From assembly GCF_002571385.2 (NCBI RefSeq), contig NW_019217955.1, positions 243,384 to 307,383 on the forward strand: 64,000 nucleotides of DNA. The letters are read 5' to 3'. The DNA is from Stylophora pistillata (taxonomy: Eukaryota). Below the pieces are notes generated by a model. It did no database searches and had not been told where the DNA came from. It was given only the letters and a program-made list of their open reading frames with translations. The position numbers and the translations under genes were made by a program. The first letter of the stretch is position 1. Every line of letters starts with the position of its first letter. Of the stretch, positions 51,170-62,516 are shown in pieces.

Positions 51170-54100
51170 TCTTTGTATTATGCCAAGTTCTGATTACAAT
51201 AAACGACAGACGCCGCATTAAGCCACTGAAGCATCCTTTGTCATTCATTAAGTTCTGTAGAGAACATACATTGAATTGAATCCCAGGCCGCAAGCCCGCC
51301 CATGCAGCTTCGAGCCTCGTGTTTTTAAAAGTCGCTTGGGTTCCCATTTTGCTTGCTCAAATAAAACAGGATAAATAAGTGATGAGAAACTACAGGGCAA
51401 TCGAATCTTTTTTGGAGGAAAACGTCATCGAAGCGTAATTTCTTGACTAATCGAGAAAACAGTAATTTGTTTTGCGTTTTATCTGTCATACTATTGATAA
51501 CTAACGTTTTTTTCAAGTGCCATAGCAAAGTTAACGCAAAAAGCCTATTGGACCGCATTTGATTGGTGGCTACACACCATCAACCTTTCAAAATCAAACA
51601 AAAGTATTCATGGCTTTTTGACTTTCACTTTAAAACATTTTGCATTCTTCCTTGTTGCCTGATTGTACACGATCACAAACGGTAAGAATGTACAATATGA
51701 GATTGTTTTTCTACTAGCAATCAAAAAATCAATCCCCAAACGCCTAACAAGAAACATCTTTGACTCCTAATCACTAAATTTTGAAGCTTGACTCCGCATT
51801 ATTCCATTCACAGTTCATCCATACTACAGTTAATCGTGCAGGTGAGTTTAGAAGGAAACGGCATCAAAATAAACAATCATGGCTTGAAGTGATTCTGAAT
51901 TATACGACGTGGTAGTGGTCGGTGGTGGTCCCATGGGATTATCCACAGCATACCAATGCGCCGTTAAAGAAGAAAAGAAAGTAATGGTCATCGAGCCGTT
52001 TTTAATTTGGAAACACATATGGATCAAGTCCCGGGTTTGGTCGCCAATTTCGTATCTGCTACTCAGAGCGTTATCTGTGCCAACTGGCTATCAAGTCAAG
52101 TAAAGAATGGGATAAACTCATGCAAGAGTTGAAGAATAGCTCCCTTGTGGATCGAACAGGCTGCATTTGGTTTGGCGATGCTACCCGAATGCAGCGAGCC
52201 GCTATGTTCCAATAGTGGGTAGGTCCACCTTAGAGGAATAAACTTAGATGTCAAACAGACATCTTACCATACAAATCCAAATGCGAAATGATTCAGTGAA
52301 GAAATGTCGCAGTCAGGTTTTAATCAATGAGTGTACGTAGAGAATGACATTTTGGATTTTATTTCTAGTTACTCATATGTTTACTTCCCTTATATTATAC
52401 AGTCTTTCTACTGTCTAAAAAATAGAAATGTTCTCAATAAACGTCACACCAATTGAAAATGAATCTCAAAAACGCCCGTGGGAACGTGATTTAGCATTTG
52501 TGTTCTAAGAAATACCTGCGGCTACTATTGTTTCAATTGTTTGTAACTTTTCCCTAAAAGCTACTCCCAATCAAGATCATGGTGATCTTGCTGCGTTTCT
52601 AGTTAAGAAGGGCAATTCGTAAAATTCATTAGCAGTTGCTGTATTGTGAGAATGCATGTCACAGCTAATATTTCAATATACTATACCGTTTATTCATGCA
52701 TAGCTTATAACCCAAATTATCGTCAATGAATGAATGAATGATGAGGCCCTCCACCTTTGCAAGATATACAGATTGTCTTTCAAATCATGCAGAAACACCA
52801 CACCACAAAGTTTTTTATAGGAACGCTGATTTTTAAGCACACTTTTTCCAATTGTACTGCTAGTGATACTACTGTACGAAATTATAGTCAAATGTTATTC
52901 TGCCCGTTTAGTTTAACATTTCTTAAATAGATGATTCAGTATTTAGTAATCACAGGAGTGTCATTCCAATTATAATTCATTGTATCTATTTCTGTGGACA
53001 TTTGTTAATCTCTTAGTTTTGGTCTTATTCCCTCAGGTATTCCATTCCTAAGGTAAATTTTTTGAAGAAACGGAACACTTTCAAAAACGTTTTTGCGTTG
53101 TTGTATGACGCATCATGTAAGCTTCGAGTTAGGCTTTGTATTATGCCAAGTGTCGGATGAAAATAAACGACAGACACAACCCTACGCCCTTCAAATATCC
53201 TTTGTCATTCATGAAGTTATTTACAGAACAAAAATTGAACTGAAGCCGCGTTCGCAAGTCCACTAAGAAGCTTTAAGCCTCTCCTTGCTTAGAGTCGCTC
53301 GACTTTCCACCCTGCTTGCACAAATAAAACAGGATGGATAGATGATGAAAGAAATACAGGGTTACATCCTTAATTAGACGTAAACGTTATCGAGGCGTAG
53401 TTTCGTGACTGTTTGGAACAACCTCAATGTGTTTGCTCTTTTGCGATTTCAGATCTCACAATGATCATTTACGTAATTCAAGTGTCATAGCAACATATGC
53501 TCTGAATGCTTGTAGGAGACATTTGATTAACGCAATTTGCGAATTATGCCAAGTTCTGATTAATATATAAATGATAGACGCCACGCTAAGTCACTAAAGC
53601 ATCTTTTGTCATTCATGAAGTTATTTACAGAACAGAAATTGAATTTAGGGCGCGTTGGCAAGTCCGCCATGCAACTTTGAGCCTCACCTTGTTTAGAGTG
53701 GCTCGAGTGTCCACCGTGCTTGCAAAAATAACACAGGATAAGTAAGTAAGGAAAGAACCACAGGGTTACAGCCTTTATTGGACATAAAAATTATCGGAAC
53801 GTTTTTCTTGACTGATTGAGACAACCTCAATGTGTTTGCTCCTTTGCGGTTTCATCTCACAATGATCATTTACGTAATTCAAGTGTCATAGCAACTTATG
53901 CTCTGAATGCTTGTAGGAGGCATTTGATTGGTGGCTACTCACTTCTTGACCTGTCAAATTCAAACCAAAGTGATTATGGCTTTTTCAATTTCATGTTAAA
54001 GCTCCCTGCTTCTGTTGCAACCGATTGGATTTGGTAATTCAAAGAGAAGCTCTTGACTACCTTGCATCCAGCGGGATTGATGTTACAACCGGTAAGGACA

Positions 54101-55740
54101 TACCAGTAAGAGCCGTTTGTTTCAGTCCAGGGAGGGGTCTCTGACGCTTGCATAGAAAGTTCCATTAGAGTCCGAATTTAACCTTAGAGCTCTAATGTAG
54201 ACTCGTCGGCGGTTCCTAAGATCACAGACTGTTCCGAAGCAATGTGTTTCGAATGCAATGTGTTCCGAAACAATCAGCAACAGCAAAAGTTAAAAATGTA
54301 GAGGTATATTATTTTGAGGGCAAAGATGTAATGAACATGAAGAAACTTTTAAAGACGCCTCGTCTAATTCTAGCATAGGGAAACTACAATCTTCCTTTTT
54401 CGGATCTCTTCTCTCTTACTTTTGACCATTTCCTCTGGCCAACGTCTTAATGGGAATTTGTTTGACAGTAACACTGCTGCGCAAATTGTTATTCCTCCCG
54501 TTCAATTTAATGTTCTTATTGTAGACTACATTTTGTAATTGTGGGAGTGCCATTCTGATTCACTGTACTTCATCAACATTGTCATGTGGCTGATTGATTC
54601 ATGCAGCTCTTATTCGTTTGGTATTTCATCTGATTCATTTTCTGAAATAAATATTTCTAAGAAATGAAGCACTTTTGAAAGACTTTGTGGTGCAGTTGTA
54701 TGATGTGCTTGAGAGGCTTTATTCTGGAGCGTTCGGGATAAAAGCGCGCTTCACGGTTTAAAAAATTAATGGGCACCTATGGCCCAGGTATCATAACAAC
54801 TCTTGCTGTAAAAAGCTTGTAGGAGGCATTTGATCGGTGGCTACTCACTTCTCCACCATACAAAATGAAACCAAATTGATTATGGCTTTTTCAATTTCAC
54901 ATTACAACTTCCTGCTTTCGTTGCAACAGTTTCTGGAGTAAATATTTCTAAGAAATGAACCACTTCTTAAAGACTTTGTAGTGCAGTTGTATGACGTGGT
55001 TTATAAGCTTTATTCTGGAGCATTTGTGGTAGAAGCGCATGTAAACGGTTCCAAAGGCTTAACGGCATGGCATCTATGACGCAATTTGCTATTATTCCAG
55101 TTAGGCTTTGTAGGTGTTATGCCAAGTATTGGGTGAAAATAAATGACACACACCACCCAAAGCCCTTCAAACATACTTTGTCATTCATGAAGTTATTTAC
55201 AGAACAGCAATTGAACTGAAGCCCCGTTCACAAGTCCCCCAAGCAGTTTTAAGCCTCTCCTTGATTAGAGTTTCGACTTTCCACCGCTCGACTTTCCACC
55301 CTGCTTGCACAAATAAAACAGGATGGATAGATGATGAAAGAAATACAGGGTTACATCCTTAATTAGACGTAAACGTTATCGAGGCGTAGTTTCGTGACTG
55401 TTTGAGACAACCTCAATGTGTTTGCTCTTTTGCGATTTCAGATCTCACAATGATCATTTACGTAATTCAAGTGTCATAGCAACATATGCTCTGAATGCTT
55501 GTAGGAGACATTTGATTAACGCAATTTGCGAATTATGCCAAGTTCTGATTAATATATAAATGATAGACGCCACGCTAAGTCACTAAAGCATCTTTTGTCA
55601 TTCATGAAGTTATTTACAGAACAGAAATTGAATCAAACAAAAGTATTCATGGCTTTTTGACTTTCACTTTAAAACATTTTGCATTCTTCCTTGTTGCCTG
55701 ATTGTACACGATCACAACCGGTAAGAATGTACAATATGAG
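51170..55740. repeat. Module copies flanking the NikD-like pseudogene and gene
   Basis: Markers a(c/a)acaggat(a/g) at ~51362, 53328, 53731 and 55317. A near-identical ~340-bp duplication links 53301-53644 and 55290-55633. Confidence 0.85.
51879..52233 (+). pseudogene. Internally deleted pseudogene of the NikD-like oxidase
   Basis: ATG GCT TGA (stop at codon 3) and a frameshift near 52000. The 5' and 3' ends are fused at TACC (52182-85), removing 1026 nt of the intact gene. Flanks are paralogous to 55630-55917 and 57298-57915. Confidence 0.95.
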
Positions 55741-55917
55741 ATTGTTTTTCTACTAGCAATCAAAAAATTAATCTCCAAACGCCTAACAAGAAACATCTTT
55801 GACTCCTAATCACTAAATTTTGAAGCATGACTCCCCATTATTCCATTCACAGTTCATCTATACTACAGTTAATCGTGCAGGTGAGTTTAGAAGGAAACGG
55901 CATCAAAATAAACAATC

Positions 55918-57297
55918 ATGGCTTCAAGTGTTTCTGAATTATACGACGTGGTAGTGGTCGGTGGTGGTCCCATGGGATTATCTGCAGCATACCAGTGCGC
56001 TGTAAAAGAAGGAAAGAAAGTAATGGTCATCGAGAAGTACAAATTTGGAAACGCATGTGGATCAAGTCCCGGGTTTGGTCGCCAATTTCGTATCTGCTAC
56101 TCAGAGCGTTATCTGTGCCAACTGGCTATCGAGTCAGGAAAAGAATGGGATAAACTCATGCAAGAGTTGAATGATAGCTCCCTTGTGGATCGAACAGGCT
56201 GTCTTTGGTTTGGCGATGCTACCGTCGAAAGCAGTGAGGGCAACATCGACAAGGCGGTACAGAACCTTAAAGAGCTGGGTGTAGGTGACTACGACTTACT
56301 TGAAGGCAAAGAAGCAATTCAGAGCGATGAGCGGTTTACCTTCATTTCGGATGCGGTGAACGACATCGATAAACCAAAAGCTCTCTATGTTGGTGATGGG
56401 GGTACCATAAATGTTCCTGCCGTTATCGAAGGCCTTTGCAAGATGCTGAAACGTTCAAGTACAGCTCAACTTGTGGAAAATGCGCCTACCAAATGCATTG
56501 ATTACAGCTTGGATGATGAGGTGAGAGTGTGGATCGATAAGCAGCCGTTTTGCATCCGGACCAAGAAAGTGATCCTGACGCCTGGAAGCTATATTAACGA
56601 CCTCTTATCAGCTCTAACACCCACCTTCACGGAAAGGATCAACCTCACGATCTATCTATGGAGCTCCACCTACTTCATTCCTTCTTGGCCTTCAGCTTCA
56701 AAGGAGAAGTGGCCTATCTGGTACTTCTTCGGTCAGCCGAACGAGAACAACCTAAATCTATACTACGGTTTCCCAAGCGAAAAGAAGCGGCCTGACTACG
56801 TCAGAGTTGCCCCAGCATTCACATCAAGCGAGCGATTTGACTTCAAGCTTTATCCACCAGACATTAGCGACAGACCACTTGATCAAGACGCCCTAAAGTT
56901 CACTGCTGACTTTGTGAAGAAATCAATGCCTTCTCTAGTCCCTCAACTATTAATAGAAGAGCAGTCAACATGCCTTGCTGGCTTTGCTGAATCCAGTGAT
57001 AGTGATGACGACGGTGTCGGTTTCGTTTTGGATTTTCTGCCAGACGCACGCAGCAATAATCGAATCCTTCTTTTTACAGGTGGATGGGGTATGAAGTTTG
57101 TACCTGTTATTGGAAAGGTACTTGCAGATTTGGCGATTAAAGGAACGACAGAGTACAGCAAACTCATTAAGCCATGGAATATCAACCGTGGTGTGCTCGT
57201 TAAAGAGAGAGGTAGCACCAACACGGCTCAGCAATCAGTAAAATGTACCCGATTGCAGCGAGCCACTATGTTCCAAAAGTGGGTAGGTCCACCTTAA
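55918..57297 (+). CDS. NikD-like covalent-FAD amino/imino-acid oxidase (monomeric sarcosine oxidase family), 459 aa, intronless CDS
   Basis: YDVVVVGGGPMGL, GSSPGFGRQFRICY, GCLWFGD..SEGNI, DGGTINV, NLYYGF, STCLA (Cys352, predicted 8alpha-S-cysteinyl FAD), GWGMKFVPVIGKVLADLA. Start context aatcATGG; AATAAA at 57301. Confidence 0.9.
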   Translation: MASSVSELYDVVVVGGGPMGLSAAYQCAVKEGKKVMVIEKYKFGNACGSSPGFGRQFRICYSERYLCQLAIESGKEWDKLMQELNDSSLVDRTGCLWFGDATVESSEGNIDKAVQNLKELGVGDYDLLEGKEAIQSDERFTFISDAVNDIDKPKALYVGDGGTINVPAVIEGLCKMLKRSSTAQLVENAPTKCIDYSLDDEVRVWIDKQPFCIRTKKVILTPGSYINDLLSALTPTFTERINLTIYLWSSTYFIPSWPSASKEKWPIWYFFGQPNENNLNLYYGFPSEKKRPDYVRVAPAFTSSERFDFKLYPPDISDRPLDQDALKFTADFVKKSMPSLVPQLLIEEQSTCLAGFAESSDSDDDGVGFVLDFLPDARSNNRILLFTGGWGMKFVPVIGKVLADLAIKGTTEYSKLIKPWNINRGVLVKERGSTNTAQQSVKCTRLQRATMFQKWVGPP

Positions 57298-57914
57298 AGG
57301 AATAAACTTAGAGGTCAAACAGACTTTTTGCCAAACAATTCCAAACGCGAAATGAGGTAGTGAAGAAACGTCCTAGTTTTAATCAATGAGTGTACGTTGA
57401 GAATGACATTTTGGATTTTATTTCTAGCTACTTATATGTTTACTTCCCTTATATCATACAGTCTTTCTACTGTCTGAAACTAGTAATGTTCTCAGTAAAC
57501 GTCGCACCAGTTGAAAATGAATCACAAAAACGCCGGTGGGACCATGAATTAGCATTTTTGTTCTGAGAAATACCTGAAACTATAGTTGTTTTAAATTGTT
57601 TTGTACCTTTTCCCTAAGCCCCCCCCCCCCAGTCTAGATAATGGTGATTTTGATGGGTTTCTAATTAAGAAGGGCGTTTTGCAAAAGTTATTAGCAGTTG
57701 CTGATTTTGTATTGTGAGGATGCATATCACAGCCAATGTTCCAATATACTATACCGTTTACTCATACATAAAACGTTGCCCAAATTATAGCCAATAAATG
57801 AATGGTGAAGCCCTCTACTTATGCAAGACATTCAGATTGTCTTTCAAATCATGCAGAAACACCACACCACAAAGTTTTATATTGGAACGCTGATTTTTAA
57901 GCACACTTTTCTAA

Positions 57915-58860
57915 TAGTCCTCGTCTAATTCTATCCTAGGGAGACTACAGTATTCCTTTTTCGGATTTCCTCTCTTTTGCCTTTGACCATATCCTATGGT
58001 CTGTGTCTTAATGGAGATTTGTCTGAGAGTAACACTGCTAGACAAAATGTTATTCCGACCGTTTATTTAAACTTTCTTCCTATAGACTGCATTTTGTAAT
58101 TAGGGGAGTGTTATTCTAGTTCATTGTTTTTCGTTTACATTGTGAAGTGTTCGTCTGGTATTCCATCTGAATCACTTTCTGGAGTAGCTTTTTCTAAGAA
58201 ATGAAGGACTTATCTTAAAAGACTTATTAGTGCAGTTGTATGATATGTTTGATAGGCTTTATTCTGGAGCGTTCGTGATAGTAGCGCGCTTCACGGTTCA
58301 AAAATTTAAGTGGCACCTATGGCCCAAGCATCATAACAACTCTTCCCGTAAACGCCTTGAGGAGGCATTTGATCCGTAGCTACTCACTTCTCCACCCGTC
58401 AAAATCGATCCAAAGTGATTATGGCTTTTTCAATTTGACATGATCATACCTTCCTGCTTTCATTGCAACAGTTTGGATTTCGTTATTCCAGAAATGAAAT
58501 GGTTGATTGGTTCATGCAGCTCCTATTCTTCTTCGTTCATGAAGTTCTTTACAGAACAGAAGTATAATTAAAGCTCGGGTCGCAAGTCCGCCATGCCGCT
58601 TTGAGCCTCACCCTGTTTAGAGTCCCTCGAGTTTCCACCGTACTTGTCCAATTAAAACAGGATAAATAGGTAAGTGAAAGAACTACGGTGTTACAACCTT
58701 AATTAAAAGTTATCATTGTCAGGACGTAGTCTCATGACTTTTTAAGACAACCTTAATGTGTTTACTCCTTTGCGTTTTCATCTCTCACAAGGATTAGCTA
58801 CGTAATTGGCAGTCTGCATCACCCAGAGCAAAGGTTAAAAATTTGGAGGTATATTATTCA
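57915..58860. repeat. Module copy upstream of LAAO copy 3
   Basis: Contains cctcgtctaatt, ggagactaca, ggggagtg and aaaacaggataaat blocks. It ends in ttggcagtctgcatca...aaaggttaaaaattt, as upstream of copy 2. Confidence 0.85.
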
Positions 58861-58867
58861 GTCAGCA

Positions 58868-58985
58868 CAAAATGCAGACTGCACACTGGGTAAAAAATGC
58901 AGACTAGGTAATAAATGCAGGCTGCGGACTTGGTACAAAATGCAATCCAGAGACGAAATGCAGATTACAGATGCAGTCTCAAAAT
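58868..58985. repeat. Short tandem repeats of AAAATGCAGACT (paralog at ~34058-34115)
   Basis: Several imperfect aaaatgcagact units at equivalent positions upstream of LAAO copies 2 and 3. Confidence 0.75.
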
Positions 58986-59091
58986 CCAGTCTCAGCATTG
59001 AAACTGTTTTTTTCTCGTCCGAACATGATAACATGTTGGTGAACTTATAAGCATCACAAAAACAAAATGCACAATTAAAGTTAAGGGCTCT

Positions 59092-59395
59092 TGTGGAGGC
59101 GCGGTGGCCTCATGGTTAGTGCACTCGACTCCGCATCGAGTGGTCTGGTTTCGACTCCTTGCTGAGGATATTGTGTTGTGTTCTTGGGCAAGACACTTTA
59201 CTCTCACAGAACCTCTCTTCAAGCCGGATAATAAATGAGTACCGGAGAATTTAATGCTGGGTGTAACGTTGCGATGGACTTGCATTCCATCCAGGGGGAA
59301 GTAGAAATACTCCTATTCACTTCATGCTACGGAAATCGGAGTTAAGCACCGGCCCGATGGGCTACTAGGCTCGTGAGCAGGCTTTACCTACCTCT
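59092..59395 (+). mobile_element. tRNA-derived SINE
   Basis: Head ggaggcgcggtggcctcatggttagtgc, central gtgttcttgggcaagacactttactctcac, tail ctttacctacct. It is absent at the paralogous site (gggctct|caaaacagac) near 34208. Confidence 0.85.
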
Positions 59396-59825
59396 ACTTC
59401 TCAAAACAGACAAATATGCATGGTTTAATTTTAACTGTTACCATACTCCTTGGAAACCCTCGAAACAAATCCAGTCATTCGGGTCTAGGATGCTGCAGCC
59501 GTAAAAAAAAAAAAAAAAAAAAAANNNNNNNNNNNAGAATAAAGGTCTTAGTACCATTCTGAGTTGGAATAACTGCAGCCGGAATTATTATAAAAAATTG
59601 TGAACGAATATAGCAGAACTAAGTCTTCCGCATTTACTCTGCACTACAAAGACACAAAATCTAAGAGACCTTGAGATCTACACTTTTGTGGCTAAAATAT
59701 GATTTCGATCAACATTTTTTACCACTAAGGTTTAAAATTAAGCAGCTAATTGTTTGTCCTGTTTTAAGATAACCCTATTGAGACCCTTATACAGTCTCTT
59801 TGATATCTTCAGCTGAGAATTCACG

Positions 59826-61278
59826 ATGACGACAAAGACAGTTCAGGACGTCGGTAAGCGATTGGGTAGGTTTTTGCTAAAGAACGAACCAAATTGGATT
59901 ACTGGAGATCTAGGGAAAAGCCCCTTCCCTACAAAGGCTAAGTATGAAGCCCACAGAAAAGGTCAAACGGTCGATGTTGTCAAAACGTCTAAGATTAAAG
60001 GAGAGCAAGGACCTGTTCAACAAAGCGATCTTTTAAAACCACTGTTGATGGATATTGCTAGAAACGGCCTAAATTACGCTTTCCAAACATGGGATCAGAA
60101 AGAAGAACCCGAGTGCTGTTCAAAGACGAAAAATCCGAAGAAAGTGATTGTGGTAGGAGCCGGAATGGCTGGGTTAGTGGCTGCATTTGAGCTGGCGCAA
60201 GTTGGACACGACGTGATAGTATTAGAAGGCCAGACGCGGATAGGAGGTAGAGTATACACCCTTGGGGAAAAAGATGGCTTTGAAAAAGGACTCCACGCTG
60301 AGGGTAAGTACTGTAGTGTATTGGCGGAGACCAACGTGGCTCTATTCTCCTCATAAGCTATCTGTAATGATTGGTTTCGTAATCCTTTTGCATTTCTATT
60401 AATTGCAATTGCAGCTGGTGCCATGAGGTTACCATGTCTCCCTGACGCGAAAACCAAGACCCATTTTCTGACGGATTTTTATGTTTCTGGGGAGCGGTTC
60501 AACCTACCCTTGGCACGTTTTGCCAATTACAGTGAGAAGGCTTTTCTCAAGTTTTATAACGAAGAAGCTGTCCGTATAGAAGGTGAGCTCTATGATACAT
60601 TGATGAAATCTACTACTTAATTTTTCAACGCGTCAAATGTCTTCCCTCGAAGTCAGATGTCGCCTTTCCGAACCCAAGGTAGCCCTGTAGCTTAGCATGT
60701 TATCTTTGTGTGAGTGAAACTGAGTTTTAGAATTTGGGCTTCAAGAGCTGAATTGCAGTGGCCTGACCTTACAACACGACGCTGACTTGTATTTACATCT
60801 TTTAATACGTTTATGGTGAAAAATGTTACATTTTGGAATGAAATACCCTTACCTAGTTCCCAATTCATGTATTTAGCCATTAACACACTTGAGCGAGAAA
60901 AGGCGCTGAAAGAGGTAAGGGTCTTTATGACAATGTTCCCGTGTCAAAAGCCTTCCCGAGAAATCGGATATAGCCCTCCTCCTTCAGGGGTAGTCCTGTA
61001 GTTTAGCAAGTTGATTTCTGTGATTAAGTGTAATATTGAGTTTTAGAATTTGGGGCTCGATAAAAACTGAAGTGTAGTGGCCTGGCCTTACAACTAGTCG
61101 CTTACTGAGAGCTAAACTTGTGTAAATTATGTAAATGTAAAATATGTAATAAAAGGTAATTCCCAATTCTTTTATATAACAGATTGGAGTAAAGATCAGT
61201 TGAAATGGATGAACAAACTTTGGCCTAAATGGAATGAAACCCTAATAAAAAATGGACTTTACGACATCGCAAATATCG
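59826..61278 (+). CDS. Flavin-dependent L-amino-acid oxidase family protein, copy 3, partial (exons 59826-60303, 60415-60582, 61183-61278; exon 4 expected beyond the window)
   Basis: Same exon structure and phases, with an open frame through three exons ([25 protein letters not shown]). Intron 3 homology resumes at 63961. Confidence 0.85.
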
Positions 61279-61964
61279 GTAAGTTTAACTGCTTTAGCTG
61301 TCTGAGCTGGTCGAAAACTTTATTTTTGCCATTCATCATTAGTATATTCTACAGCCACAGGAAGTTAAAAATTTTCAAGCCACTAAAATCCCCTTGATAC
61401 TATGATCTCCCTGAGTGTTGCACAGCACTCTCAAAGCACGTCTTCCTTACACACATCGGAATCCCACGAAATTTCGCCGCCCAAGAGCTGAAAGGAGGTG
61501 TGAAATACAAAATAGAATCGCATCATCGAATAAAAAGTCGCATTCTGATTGGTTTACGAAGCGAGGTATTTAGCGTGGAATTGCGAGTAATACATAACAA
61601 TAATAGTGAATGCTGTTTTCTTTTTGTTCTTATTTCTATTTAATTGTGCGATTCAAGGAAAATCCATTACTTGACTGTGAATTCCGCGTTGAATTGCACT
61701 TGAAAACCGATATTGTACTCATCGCTTCGCGATTTGTGCGATATCAGTTTTCGTGTCCAATTTAAGGCGGAATTCCCTCGTAAAGTAATGAATGTTTCTA
61801 TAGAATTTACGAGGGGAAAAGTGTACAAAAGTCAGGATAGTTACTGTGTTATGCCGAAAACCATCGGAGTGACTGACTGAAAATGGGAGTTTTAATTGCC
61901 TCTGAAAGTGTAGTCTGATCGTCCGGGTGAGTGTAGTCCTGAGAAGGACTGTTGTCGGTAGTAG

Positions 61965-62009
61965 TGACTAACGTTTCGACAACCTGTGCGGAAGTCATCA
62001 TCAGAGTCA
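61965..62009 (-). ncRNA. Minimal type I hammerhead ribozyme (Penelope-associated)
   Basis: Minus strand TGACT-CTGATGA-tgac-ttccgcacaggtt-gtc-GAAAC-GTT-AGTCA: stem I TGACT/AGTCA, intact CUGAUGA and GAAA cores, NUH triplet GUU. Confidence 0.8.
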
Positions 62010-62516
62010 AGTGAACAGTTGTTGTCAATAGAATGCTCATAGTCCAGTTCGTGTAAAATGATTGGTCAGTTTTGTCGTGATGTTATTGGCTGTAAGACTC
62101 AAGTGGCGTGAGTCGGTCGTGATTGGTCTGTTTCGATTCATCGGTAAAGTTAGGTCGTTCTGTTCGGTTCGTTTGTAATGTTAATGTCGTGAATGAGTCG
62201 TTTGTATGGAGCCGGTAGTAGTTGACACCTGTTTAGGGGAGTCTCTTTTAAGTTAGTGAACCAGCTTTCCAGAGTCAGTCGTAGTTAGTATTGTAGGTTA
62301 GGAATTGCGCAGAGTACCAGTCAATATTGTGGTTCGTAAGTCAATGATGTTCAGCAATGTGATTGCTGACATCACCTTTCCTCGTCGCCCGTCTGTGTTC
62401 AGTCAGTCTTGTTGCGAGGTTTCTACCAGTCTCACCAATGTAGGAGGCTTGGCAATCGGAGCAGTTGATCTTATAAATCACTTCCTGTCTGTTCCTCGTT
62501 TCGTCCTTGTCTTTAA

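Noticed and set aside
55918-57297. Bacterial contaminant sequence
   Set aside because: It is contiguous with host repeats, has a locally duplicated pseudogene with shared flanks and an AATAAA, and shows no operon context.
16333-60457. Conserved antisense ORFs over LAAO exon 1 (16333-16626, 34791-35021, 60058-60354) and over NikD-like/Gypsy sequence
   Set aside because: They are shadow frames of the real coding strands; their similarity is explained by paralogy.
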